The notes under the pieces are model-generated. The model ran no database searches and was not told the DNA's origin. It saw only the letters and a list, made by a program, of their open reading frames with translations. The position numbers were made by a program, and so were the translations under genes. 64,000 nucleotides of DNA, taken from the NCBI GenBank assembly GCA_965243025.1, contig CBDETY010000003.1, positions 4,640,001-4,704,000 on the forward strand, given 5' to 3'. Of the stretch, positions 18,118 through 29,944 are shown in pieces (the first letter of the stretch is position 1; each line of letters opens with the position of its first letter). Origin of the DNA: Candidatus Latescibacterota bacterium. GTDB taxonomy: Bacteria; Latescibacterota; UBA2968; UBA8231.

Positions 18118-19092
18118 ATCGATACCGCGGTCAGATCAGTCCACTTTCAGGAAGCGGACCCCGGGCTCCGGTGGGTCAAGGACCCCGCCATCGCCGTCGA
18201 TTCCGACGGCCCCCTGGATTCGGTCCGGACCCTGACGCCGAACGTGGTCAGGATGGACAACGGCTACCGGATGTACTACCACGGCTTCGGACCGCAGCGT
18301 CCCAACCCCGAATCGAAGGGGTACATCCTCAGTGCATTCTCCCCGGACGCCGAAAAATGGGAGAAGGAACCCGGGGTAAGGATGGATGCGGGAGGGGAGG
18401 GAGCGGAGCACTACATCTGGAGCCCCGACGTCATTCCCCTCGAGGACGGCCGCTACCGGATGTATTACGAGGGCAAGACCGAGGGGGCCGGCGGCGGTGA
18501 AGTCACCAGCGCCGTCGTCAGCGCCCTGTCGCCAGACGGCCTCGTCTGGGAAAAGGAACCCGGCGTCCGGCTGGGGGCTGAAAACGGCTCGTACGGCGCC
18601 CCGCGGTGCCTGCACCTCGACCCGGGACCTGGCGGGGACGGCCCCCGGTTTCGCCTCTACGCCAGCGATTTCCGCGATCACCAGATCGTCAGCGCCGTGT
18701 CCGGCGATGGGCTGCATTTCGACATGGAGACCGGCGTTCGCATAGCCCGGGAAAAGGAGCTGGAGGCATACGAGGTCTACGCCCCCGAAGTCCTGCGCCT
18801 GGGGGCGGGCGGGTGCCGGATGTATTATGCCGGCTGGGTGTCGGCTCCCGAAGTTCCGGCCGGATCGAAGTTCCACGGCAGAATATTCAGCGCCTTCTCC
18901 GACGACGGGCTGCACTGGCGCAAAGACCCCGGTATCTGCCTCGACAACGGCGGCCGGTGGGACGCCGCCAAGGCATCCGAGCCGTGCGTGATCGACCTTG
19001 CCGACGGCCGCTTCCGCATGTTCTATGAAGCCTGCGATCTCGAGGGTCGCTGGCGCATTGCCAGCGCCACCTCGGCTGTCTCCGCCCCCTGA
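18118..19092 (+). CDS. Five-bladed beta-propeller (GH43/GH130-like) protein, probable non-canonical ATC start
   Basis: Repeated units (Y/F/C)R(M/L)(Y/F)Y...SAxSxDG..W.K(E/D)PG.. The frame is open from 18115 and includes a further repeat (WVKDPAIAV) upstream of the first GTG (18244). AAAGGAGGTGA ends 3 nt before ATC 18118. Confidence 0.65.
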   Translation: MDTAVRSVHFQEADPGLRWVKDPAIAVDSDGPLDSVRTLTPNVVRMDNGYRMYYHGFGPQRPNPESKGYILSAFSPDAEKWEKEPGVRMDAGGEGAEHYIWSPDVIPLEDGRYRMYYEGKTEGAGGGEVTSAVVSALSPDGLVWEKEPGVRLGAENGSYGAPRCLHLDPGPGGDGPRFRLYASDFRDHQIVSAVSGDGLHFDMETGVRIAREKELEAYEVYAPEVLRLGAGGCRMYYAGWVSAPEVPAGSKFHGRIFSAFSDDGLHWRKDPGICLDNGGRWDAAKASEPCVIDLADGRFRMFYEACDLEGRWRIASATSAVSAP

Positions 19093-19154
19093 CTGCCCGC
19101 AAGGCGAAAGCTGCCGCGCCCCGATGCTCCGCCCCCCTGACCGCGAGGACGAGT

Positions 19155-20414
19155 ATGAGACCAGCGCTGGCCATCCTGTGCGCCGTGGGCCTTAGCGGCA
19201 TGCCGTCGTCGGCCGAATCACCCCCGCCGGTGGAAAGAGTCGAGACCCGCGACGGCAAGGTGTACGTCAACGGGAAGCCGTTCTTCCTGGTGGGCACGAG
19301 CCACGTCGCCCACTCCCACTATTCGCTCCCCGAGGCCGCGGAGATGGGCTTCAACGCCGTCGTCACCCACGGGCACAGGGAAGACCCGCAGTCGTTCCGC
19401 ATCGACATCGACGACGCCTGGGCCAACGGGCTCTACTCGCTGGCGTCGCTCAGCAACGGCATCTGGAAGGATCTCGAGACGACCGAGCAGATCGTCCTCG
19501 CCTGCCGCGACGCCCCCGGTCTGCTGGTCTGGGAGCTGGAGGACGAACCCAACATCCGCACTTCCGGACCGGAGGGAACGCCCCACGTCGACCTCCCCTA
19601 CAAGATGCCCCCGGAAGAGTTCAAGCCGGTGTACGACCTGATCAAACGGCTCGATCCCGACCACCCCGTGTGGCTCAACCTCGCCTACGGGTACGAAAAG
19701 GACCACCGGGAATACCGGGACGTCGCAGACATCCACTCCGACGACGTCTACCCGGTTCCCGACTATCCCCTGACCCACGTCGCGCGGAACTCCGATGCGG
19801 TCGTCAAGGGCGCCGCGGGAAAGCCGGGATGGATGTACATACAGATGTCGATGCAGAGCGCCGACCAGGAGCGCGCTCCGAACATGGACGAGGTCCGCTG
19901 CATGACCTACCTGTCCATCGCGCACGGCATCGTCGGCGTCATCCATTTCGCCTATCACGCCCTCGACTGGTGGCCGCGGGAGTCGGAGCCGGCCTACTAT
20001 GCGCAGTTTCTCGACCTGACGGCCGAACTGCGCGGCCTGGCGCCCTATCTCGTAGCCCCGGAAGAGCCCGTTGCAATTGAAGCGGAGATCGTCGAAGGGT
20101 CCGCCGAACCCTCCAACTTCGGTTACACGGCGCTGCACCTGTCGCTGCGCAAGGCCGCGCGCGGCTACCTGCTGATCGCCGTCAACGGGTTCGACTCGCC
20201 GGTCAAAGCCCGCATCAGGGTCCCCGTGGAAGGGATCGCGCCGCGGGCGGCGGTCCGTTCCGAGTACCGGCTCGTCGACGTCGCCGACGGAGTCATCGAG
20301 GACTCCTTCGCGCCGTACGCCGTGCATCTGTATGATTTGCCGTTCAGCGCCCCGGACGATTTCGAACGCAGGAAGGTGAGCTGGCCGCGGTGGCAGCGGC
20401 GGCCCCGACAGTGA
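19155..20414 (+). CDS. Secreted glycoside-hydrolase-like TIM-barrel protein (clan GH-A-like)
   Basis: Signal peptide, YVNGKPFFLVG, WELEDEP acid/base-like motif, IKRLDPDHPV, DVYPV, MTYLSIAHG. Confidence 0.6.
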   Translation: MRPALAILCAVGLSGMPSSAESPPPVERVETRDGKVYVNGKPFFLVGTSHVAHSHYSLPEAAEMGFNAVVTHGHREDPQSFRIDIDDAWANGLYSLASLSNGIWKDLETTEQIVLACRDAPGLLVWELEDEPNIRTSGPEGTPHVDLPYKMPPEEFKPVYDLIKRLDPDHPVWLNLAYGYEKDHREYRDVADIHSDDVYPVPDYPLTHVARNSDAVVKGAAGKPGWMYIQMSMQSADQERAPNMDEVRCMTYLSIAHGIVGVIHFAYHALDWWPRESEPAYYAQFLDLTAELRGLAPYLVAPEEPVAIEAEIVEGSAEPSNFGYTALHLSLRKAARGYLLIAVNGFDSPVKARIRVPVEGIAPRAAVRSEYRLVDVADGVIEDSFAPYAVHLYDLPFSAPDDFERRKVSWPRWQRRPRQ

Positions 20415-20437
20415 ACAGCGAACATGGAGGAACAGTG

Positions 20438-21358
20438 ATGTCGTCTCGCCAGGTGTACCTTTCCGGAGCGTTGGTTCCGGAAGAGGACGCGAAGATCTCG
20501 ATTTTCGATACCGCGGTGACTCTGGGCGACACCGTTACCGAATCGACCCGCACCTTCGCCCACCGGCCCTTCAAGCTCGACCGCCACATCGAACGCCTGT
20601 ACAAGTCGCTGAAAGTGACGCGGATCGATCCCGGGTGCGGACCGGAGGAGATGCGGCGGATCACCCTGGACCTGCTGGAGACCAACCTGCCGCTGATCGG
20701 CCCCGAAGAGGACTACTGGATCGTGCACAACATCTCGCGCGGGCTCTACGTCCCCGGGCCCGACCCCACGGTGCAGCGGAGCACTGCGACGGTGATGATC
20801 CACAACGCCCCGATGGACCTGCGCGGCTGGGCGGCGTTCTACCGGGCCGGCTGCCACGCGGTAACCGCCATGAGCCGGATCCCCCCCTCGCAGGCGATCG
20901 ACGCGCGCGTCAAGAACCGCAGCCGCATGTCCTACACACTGGCGGAAATGGAGGTGAAGCTGGTCGACAGGGATGCCCAGGGCGTCATTCTCGACATCCA
21001 CGGGAACGTGGGTGAAAACAAGGGCGGGAACATCTTCGCCGTGAGCGAAGGGGAACTGCTCACGCCGACGACGGACAACTGCTTGGCGGGAATCAGCCGG
21101 GAGACGGTTCTCGAGCTCGCCGACGAGCTGAAGATTCCGGCGCGGGAGACGGCGCTGCAGCCGTACGACCTGTACACCGCCGACGAGCTCTTTTTCACGA
21201 GCACCCCCTACTGCATCATGCCGGCCACCCGGTTCAACGGCGTGCCGGTGGGAGACGGCGAAGTCGGAGCGGTGACCAGGCGGCTGCTGGATGCGTGGAG
21301 CGAGCTGGCGGGGGTCGACATAGTGAAGCAGGCGGAGAAACAGATGGGGGGCGGCTGA
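20438..21358 (+). CDS. PLP-dependent aminotransferase class IV (IlvE/D-amino-acid aminotransferase-like)
   Basis: AKISIFD, GDTVTESTRTF, LDRHIERL, ENKGGNIF, CLAGISRETV, ADELFFTST. RBS GGAGG. Confidence 0.88.
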   Translation: MSSRQVYLSGALVPEEDAKISIFDTAVTLGDTVTESTRTFAHRPFKLDRHIERLYKSLKVTRIDPGCGPEEMRRITLDLLETNLPLIGPEEDYWIVHNISRGLYVPGPDPTVQRSTATVMIHNAPMDLRGWAAFYRAGCHAVTAMSRIPPSQAIDARVKNRSRMSYTLAEMEVKLVDRDAQGVILDIHGNVGENKGGNIFAVSEGELLTPTTDNCLAGISRETVLELADELKIPARETALQPYDLYTADELFFTSTPYCIMPATRFNGVPVGDGEVGAVTRRLLDAWSELAGVDIVKQAEKQMGGG

Positions 21359-21447
21359 GTCAGCGTCCCGGGCCGACAGGGCACCGCTCCCAGGACAAAG
21401 GACCCGTCACCGGCTGCTGCCACGAACGAATACACTGCCGAATACGA

Positions 21448-22821
21448 ATGAAAATCGATCGCACTCACAAGCCTTTCACCCTGGCGCCGGCAATCGACCG
21501 GCTCCTGAACCTGTCGGCGCACAAAATCCGCCGGATCAACGGTTCCTGGAGCCCCGACCGGGGCGCCCCCGTCTTCACGCGGGCGGGCCGCTACACCACC
21601 CGCGGCTGGACGGAGTGGACCCAGGGGTTCCAGTACGGATGCGCCATCCTCCAGTACGACATGACCGGCGAGGAGGAGTTCCTCGACATCGGCCGCGGCG
21701 CCACCCTTGCCAGGATGGCCCCCCACGTCTCCCACGTCGGCGTCCACGACCACGGCTTCAACAACCTGTCGACCTACGGCAACCTGCGGCGCCTGATGCT
21801 CGAGGGCCGCCTGCCGATGGACCGCAGCGAGCTGGCGCTCTACGAGCTGGCCGTCAAGCTGTCGGGGGCGGTGCAGGCGGCGCGCTGGACCCCGGCCGCG
21901 GGAGGCGGGGGGTTCATCCACTCCTTCAACGGGCCGCACTCGCTGTTCTCCGACACCCTGCGGTCGCTGCGCATCCTCTGTCTCGCCGACCGCCTCGGCC
22001 ACGTGCTGATGGGAGAAGGGGACGAGGCGATCGACCTTCTCGGACGGGCCGTGGCGCACGCGCTGACCACCTTCGAGTTCAACGTCTACTACGGCGAGGG
22101 GCGCGACGCCTTCGACGTCGACGGCCGCGTCGCCCACGAGTCGATCTTCAACACCAACGACGGCAACTACCGCTGCCCGAGCACGCAGCAGGGATACTCC
22201 CCGTTTTCGACCTGGACCCGCGGCCTCGCGTGGATCCTGTGCGGCAGCGCCGAGCTCCTCGAGTACTTCGAGACGCTGCCGGCCTCCGCCCTCCAGCCGT
22301 TCGGCGGCAAGCGCAGGCTCGTGGCGGCGACGGAACGGGCGGCCCTGTCCACGGCGGAGTTCCACATCCGCAACAGCTTCGCCGACGGCGTTCCGTTCTG
22401 GGACACCGGCGCCCCGGGGGTGGCCGGGTTCGGCGACATCGCCGGACAGCCCTCGGACCCCCACAACGACGTCGAGCCGCTCGACAGCTCCGCTGCGGCC
22501 ATCTGCGGACAGGGGTACCTGCGCCTCGGGAACTACTTCCTGTCGAAGGGAGACCGCAGGCGCGGAAACCGCTACCGCGCCGCCGCTTTCACCATCGCCG
22601 CCGCCCTGCTGGCGGAACCGTATCTGTCGGCCAGGCGCTCCCACGAGGGGCTGATCCTGCATTCGATCTACCACCGCCCCAACGGCTGGGACCACGTTCC
22701 GCGCGGCCGCCGCATCCCCTGCGGCGAATCGTCGATGTGGGGCGACTACCACGCCCTCGAGCTGATGCTGCTGATCAAGCGCGAGGCCGAGGGCGGTCCC
22801 TATCCCGTTTTTTACAGTTGA
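21448..22821 (+). CDS. GH88-like unsaturated glucuronyl hydrolase ((alpha/alpha)6 barrel)
   Basis: WTQGF, HDHGF, QQGYS..STWTRGLAW, WD, DSSAAAI, WGDY motifs. Confidence 0.8.
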   Translation: MKIDRTHKPFTLAPAIDRLLNLSAHKIRRINGSWSPDRGAPVFTRAGRYTTRGWTEWTQGFQYGCAILQYDMTGEEEFLDIGRGATLARMAPHVSHVGVHDHGFNNLSTYGNLRRLMLEGRLPMDRSELALYELAVKLSGAVQAARWTPAAGGGGFIHSFNGPHSLFSDTLRSLRILCLADRLGHVLMGEGDEAIDLLGRAVAHALTTFEFNVYYGEGRDAFDVDGRVAHESIFNTNDGNYRCPSTQQGYSPFSTWTRGLAWILCGSAELLEYFETLPASALQPFGGKRRLVAATERAALSTAEFHIRNSFADGVPFWDTGAPGVAGFGDIAGQPSDPHNDVEPLDSSAAAICGQGYLRLGNYFLSKGDRRRGNRYRAAAFTIAAALLAEPYLSARRSHEGLILHSIYHRPNGWDHVPRGRRIPCGESSMWGDYHALELMLLIKREAEGGPYPVFYS

Positions 22822-22835
22822 ATGGAGCTGCGAGC

Positions 22836-23978
22836 GTGAAAATCACCGCCATCAGGACGTTCATCGCCCGCTTCGGCAACCGCCCGCGGGCCCTGCTCAA
22901 GGTCGAGACCGACGAGGGCCTGCACGGCTGGGGGGAGGCGTACTCGACCGGCCCCGACCTCTCGGTCGAGCCGGTGGCCGACTACCTGTTCGAGATGATC
23001 AAGGGAGAGGACCCGCGGCGCATCGAGTACATCATGATGAAGCTGCACCAGCAGTTCCGCTTTCCCCCCGGCGGCGTCGGCTACCCGGCGATCTCCGCCC
23101 TCGACCACGCCCTGTGGGACATCAGCGGCAAGGCCGCCGGACTGCCGGTCTACATGCTCCTCGGCGGCGCCGTGCGCGACCGCGTGCGGGTCTACCACGG
23201 CATCGGCGGGGCCAGCGGGAAAGATGCCGCCGAGCAGGCGCTCCGGCATCACGAGGAGGGGGGCTTCACCGCCTTCAAGCTCAGCCCCTACCGCCTCGAC
23301 CCGGACGCCGACCGCTGGGGCCGCGTCTGCTCGGAGGCGGCGAAGTTCTTCGAGGAGCTGCGCCTCAACTCGCCGGACGGCTTCGAGTTCGCCTTCGATC
23401 CGCACGCCAAGATCTTCGAGCCGGCCCGCGCCCTGCAGCTCGCCGACGCCCTGGCCCCGTACGACCCGTTCTTCTACGAGGAGCCGCTGCGGCCGGAGCA
23501 CATCCCCCAGTGGGCGCGCCTGCGCGCCCAGATGCGGGTGCCGCTGGCGACCGGGGAATCGCTCTACGGGCGCTTCGAGTTCCTCGACCTGCTCGCCGCC
23601 CAGGGAGCCGACATCATCCAGCCCGACGTCTGCATCTGCGGCGGGCTGCTCGAAATGCGCAAGATCGCCGCCATCGCCGAGGCCCACTACGTCAGCGTCG
23701 CGCCGCACAACCCGATGGGGCCGCTGGCGACCGCCGTCAACCTCCACTTCGCCGCGGCCTCGGCCAACTTCAAGATCCTCGAGTACATAGATCCGCGCGG
23801 TTCCGAGTGGAACGACTGGGTCGACGAGCCCTACCTGGCGAAGGACGGCTACCTCGAGCTGCGCGACCGCCCCGGGCTCGGCGTCGAGGTCGACGAGGAG
23901 GCGGTCTCGGGGGACCAGTACATCCACTGGCAGCGGACCTGCCCGGTGCGCCCCGACGGCTCGACCGGGTACATCTGA
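22836..23978 (+). CDS. Enolase-superfamily acid-sugar dehydratase (galactonate dehydratase DgoD-like)
   Basis: VKITAIRT, ETDEGLHGWGE, ALWDISGK, LLGGAVRDRV, FYEEP, ATGE, QPD, APHNPMGP. Confidence 0.85.
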   Translation: MKITAIRTFIARFGNRPRALLKVETDEGLHGWGEAYSTGPDLSVEPVADYLFEMIKGEDPRRIEYIMMKLHQQFRFPPGGVGYPAISALDHALWDISGKAAGLPVYMLLGGAVRDRVRVYHGIGGASGKDAAEQALRHHEEGGFTAFKLSPYRLDPDADRWGRVCSEAAKFFEELRLNSPDGFEFAFDPHAKIFEPARALQLADALAPYDPFFYEEPLRPEHIPQWARLRAQMRVPLATGESLYGRFEFLDLLAAQGADIIQPDVCICGGLLEMRKIAAIAEAHYVSVAPHNPMGPLATAVNLHFAAASANFKILEYIDPRGSEWNDWVDEPYLAKDGYLELRDRPGLGVEVDEEAVSGDQYIHWQRTCPVRPDGSTGYI

Positions 23979-24103
23979 GGAAACCCTGAGTCAGTGGTTC
24001 GAGCCCGGCACACCGGTGCCCGGGCTATCGACGGCCGGAATGGGTGAAGCCCTCATGAACGAGACCGCTTATTGCAGAGAACAGGGAGTGGAAGGAGCTC
24101 GCG

Positions 24104-24643
24104 ATGCTTGAAGCTTCCGACACCGCGCTGGCCCTCATCGACGTCCAGGGCAAGCTCGCCAGCCTCATGCACGAGAAGGAGAAGCTCTACCGCAACCTGC
24201 GCATCCTCGTGCAGGGGGCCGTCGCCCTCGAGCTTCCGATCCTCTGGCTCGAGCAGTACCCCGAGGGGCTGGGGCCGACCATTCCCGAGGTCGCCGAGCT
24301 GCTCGAGGGGCGGCAGCCGCTGGCCAAGACCTGCTTCAGCGCCTGCGGGCAGCCGGAGTTCGCGCGCCGGCTCGAGGAGAGCGGCAGGAAGCAGGTCCTG
24401 CTCGCCGGCATCGAGACCCACATCTGCGTCTACCAGACCGCCCGCGACCTGCGCGGGAGCGGCTACGAGGTCGAGGTCGTCGAGGATGCGGTGTCGTCGC
24501 GAACCCCGGCCAACAAGCAGGTAGGGCTGGAGAAGATGAGGGCCGCCGGGGCCGGCGTCACCTCGGTGGAAACCGCCCTGTTCGAGCTGCTGCGCGAGGC
24601 CGGGACGCCTGAGTTCAGGGAGATCGCCCGGCTGGTGAAGTAG
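24104..24643 (+). CDS. Isochorismatase-family cysteine hydrolase (YcaC-like)
   Basis: LIDVQGKL, EQYPEGLGPT, KTCFS, GIETHICVYQT. Confidence 0.9.
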   Translation: MLEASDTALALIDVQGKLASLMHEKEKLYRNLRILVQGAVALELPILWLEQYPEGLGPTIPEVAELLEGRQPLAKTCFSACGQPEFARRLEESGRKQVLLAGIETHICVYQTARDLRGSGYEVEVVEDAVSSRTPANKQVGLEKMRAAGAGVTSVETALFELLREAGTPEFREIARLVK

Positions 24644-24695
24644 CCCGGATACTCTCCGGCTCCCGCCATCGTGGGGGCGACATCCGCGGTGGGCC

Positions 24696-25118
24696 CTACT
24701 CCGGAACCAATACCTGGACATCGGAAAACTTCCCGAAGCCCTGGTCGAAGGTTACGAGCCTCAGACCGGCAACGGCGGCGAAGGCCGCCAGGTAGGCGTC
24801 GCTCCAGACCCGATGGGAGTAGGGGTACGGTTCGGTACAGCGGCGCCACACCGCCTCGAGACCCGGGGGTTCGGGGGCGAAACAGACCCGTTCGTCCGAC
24901 AGAAGCTGGTCGAACATCGACCATGCCTGAGGAACGGAAGCCGCTTCCGTTCTGAAAACGGCGGGATTGGTGGCCAGCCGCAGGAACCCGGACTGGGACT
25001 GCCGGCTGAAGGCGCAGGTGTCGGGTGTCGTCTGGTCGAACCAACGCAACGCCCGCGCGTGGTGGATGTGGGCTTCGAAAGCGAGGGCGAGCCAGAGATT
25101 AACGTCCGGTAAGTACAC
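24696..25118 (-). CDS. vapC: PIN-domain toxin (VapC-like)
   Basis: LPDVNLWLALA, GFLRLATNP, WSDAYLAA, LVTFDQGF PIN motifs. Overlaps the antitoxin gene. Confidence 0.88.
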   Translation of the reverse strand: MYLPDVNLWLALAFEAHIHHARALRWFDQTTPDTCAFSRQSQSGFLRLATNPAVFRTEAASVPQAWSMFDQLLSDERVCFAPEPPGLEAVWRRCTEPYPYSHRVWSDAYLAAFAAVAGLRLVTFDQGFGKFSDVQVLVPE

Positions 25119-25359
25119 GGACCTCCTCGGCCTCGAGGATGCCGGCGATGGTCTCGGGGTCCGGATCGACCGAACCCGGATTGCTGGAGGGAACCAGCGG
25201 GAGCTGGACCCGGCGGCTGCCGAATCCCCCGCCGGCGGCGCTGGCCACTCTCTCTTCGAGAGCTTCGGTCACGAAGACTTTCAGGCTTTTCCCCTGAAGA
25301 GAAGCAACCGCCTTGGCGCGGCGCAGAAGGTGATCGGGAACATCGATAGTAGTACGCAT
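25099..25359 (-). CDS. vapB: Ribbon-helix-helix antitoxin (VapB-like)
   Basis: MRTTIDVPDHLLRRAKAVA..G.SLK..V.EALE, located directly upstream of the PIN toxin. Confidence 0.85.
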   Translation of the reverse strand: MRTTIDVPDHLLRRAKAVASLQGKSLKVFVTEALEERVASAAGGGFGSRRVQLPLVPSSNPGSVDPDPETIAGILEAEEVRVLTGR

Positions 25360-25384
25360 ATTGATGCAATATACATAAATATGC
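25356..25384 (-). promoter_or_regulatory. AT-rich promoter/operator of the TA operon (inverted repeat GCATATT...AATATGC; -10 TATATT)
   Basis: The palindromic arms flank a minus-strand TATATT that lies 8 nt before the antitoxin ATG. Confidence 0.55.
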
Positions 25385-25509
25385 GCGGCTGGAAAGATGG
25401 ATGACAGGGCCGCGATTCAGATGGGGTTTTTTTCGCTCCCGACCGTGTAAATCCCTGGGTAGCCGCCTGGTTGCCGGTCGCTATACAGGCTGGTTACGGA
25501 TTTCGGAAG

Positions 25510-28200
<2,691 letters not shown>

Positions 28201-28262
28201 GTCTGTTGCTCCTCGCCGCGGCGAAAAGCCGCGGAAACGCCCTCGTGCGCGGGCGGCTGCGG

Positions 28263-29597
28263 CTAATGCACGGGCAGGTAGCGGTCGCGCTCCCACTGGC
28301 TTACAGAGTCGTGGTACTCCCGCCACTCCTCCCGCTTGCACTCGATGTAGTAGTCGGCGTACTCCGCCCCGAGCGCCTGCTTTACGACCTCGTCCTGCTC
28401 GAGACAGTCACAGGCCTCGCTCAAGGTCGCCGGCAGGAAGTCGATGCCGCGCGCCCGCAGCTCGGCCTCGGGGACCTCGTAGAGGTTGTCGTCGTTGCGC
28501 TGGCCGGGGTCGGTTCCGTTGTCGATGCCGTCGAGCCCGGCCGCCAGCAGCGCCGCGCAGGCGAGGTAGGGGTTGGCGGCGCCGTCGACGGAGCGGTTCT
28601 CGATGCGCCCCGGTCCCGGGATGCGGACCATCTGGGTGCGGTTCGAGCCGCCGTAGGTGACGTAGACCGGGGCCCAGGAAGCGCCCGAGCGCGGGCGGTT
28701 GCGCACCAGCCGCTTGTAGCTGTTGACCAGGGGCGCGCTGACCGCGGCCAGGGCGCGGGCGTGGGCGAGGATGCCCCCGGTGAAGTGGTAGGCCATCTGC
28801 GACAGGCCGGCCTGGTCGTCGAGGTCCTCGAACAGGTTGGTGCTGTTGTCGAGGTCCCAGAGGCTCATGTGGTAGTGGGCCCCCGAGCCGGTCAGGTCGG
28901 AAAACGGCTTGGGCATGAAGGTCGCCAGCAGGCCCCGCTCCTCGGCGAGCACCTTGACCATCCAGCGGTAGAAGGTGTGGCGGTCGGCCGTCTCCATCGC
29001 CGTCGCGTAGTGCCAGTTGATCTCGAACTGGCAGTTGGCGTCCTCGTGGTCGTTGGCGTACGGCCCCCAGCCCAGGTCCTGCAAGTGGCGGATCAGGGTG
29101 GTCATGAAATCGAAGTTGCGGTTCAGGGTCACCAGGTCGTAGCAGGGCTTGTCGAGCACGTCGAGGGGGTCGTACGGGCGGCAGGTGCCGTCCTCGTCCC
29201 GCGCCAGCAGCAGGAACTCCGCCTCGACGCCGACGTTGAACAGCAGCCCGCGCTCGCGGGCGCGGTCGAGCTGGCGCTGCAGGATCGTGCGCGGGCAGTA
29301 GTCGTAGGGCTCTCCTTCGACCTCGACGTTGCCGGCGACCCAGGCCATCTCGCGGCGCCAGGGCAGGACGGTCAGCGAGTCGAAGTCGGGGATGTTGGCC
29401 AGCTCCGGGCTGTGCGGACCCTGGTTCATGTTTCCCGCGGCGAAGCCGGCGAACCCGGCCCCTTCCGAGGCCATCTCGTCGAGGTTGGAAACGGGCACGA
29501 GCTTGGCCTTGGGGGCTCCGCCCATCTCTACGAAGGAGCAGAGGAAGAACTCGATCCCCTTTTCGGCTGTCAGTTCGCGAACCTGATCAACGGTCAT
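28263..29597 (-). CDS. Type III glutamine-synthetase-like protein, probable gamma-glutamylmethylamide synthetase (GmaS/GlnT)
   Basis: KAKLVP, GAGFAGFA, YANDHEDANCQFEINW, TFMPKPF, SGASWAP, NRTQMVR, DGAANPYL. RBS GGAGG. Located beside soxBDAG-like genes. Confidence 0.85.
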   Translation of the reverse strand: MTVDQVRELTAEKGIEFFLCSFVEMGGAPKAKLVPVSNLDEMASEGAGFAGFAAGNMNQGPHSPELANIPDFDSLTVLPWRREMAWVAGNVEVEGEPYDYCPRTILQRQLDRARERGLLFNVGVEAEFLLLARDEDGTCRPYDPLDVLDKPCYDLVTLNRNFDFMTTLIRHLQDLGWGPYANDHEDANCQFEINWHYATAMETADRHTFYRWMVKVLAEERGLLATFMPKPFSDLTGSGAHYHMSLWDLDNSTNLFEDLDDQAGLSQMAYHFTGGILAHARALAAVSAPLVNSYKRLVRNRPRSGASWAPVYVTYGGSNRTQMVRIPGPGRIENRSVDGAANPYLACAALLAAGLDGIDNGTDPGQRNDDNLYEVPEAELRARGIDFLPATLSEACDCLEQDEVVKQALGAEYADYYIECKREEWREYHDSVSQWERDRYLPVH

Positions 29598-29944
29598 GTC
29601 GACCTCCCATGTGTGTTTTTGATGATTAAACCTGTGCGCAATCAGAAGTCGTCGGCAATGCAGGTCTGCCAGAAGGCCCGCCCCTTGCGCCCGCATCCGG
29701 CGCGGGTGCCTGCGCGCGCCGTTGCGCGTGAATCCGGCCGCCGGTGCATCCCGGCTCCGCGGCGTTGCGCTGCTCGGCAATCCGGGCCCTGGGCCCGGTC
29801 GTGAACGGAGGAAAGGTACTCCGCGGCGAAGGGGCTGGCTTTCTCATTCAATCCCCCTCGGTGGATGGCTCACGCACCCGGGCGGCCGGCTTGGCGGTCC
29901 GGACGCCACGGCGCCTTTCCCACGCGACGTAACCCACGATCAAG

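Noticed and set aside
29652-29672. TGGCA...TTGC upstream of gmaS as a sigma54 promoter
   Set aside because: The spacing is GG-N12-GC rather than the required GG-N10-GC.
29860-29944. Minus-strand 'gccggccgcccgggtg' resembling the 3' stem of a ZMP/ZTP riboswitch upstream of gmaS
   Set aside because: I could not find the conserved 5' P1/P2 elements. A covariance-model search would be needed.
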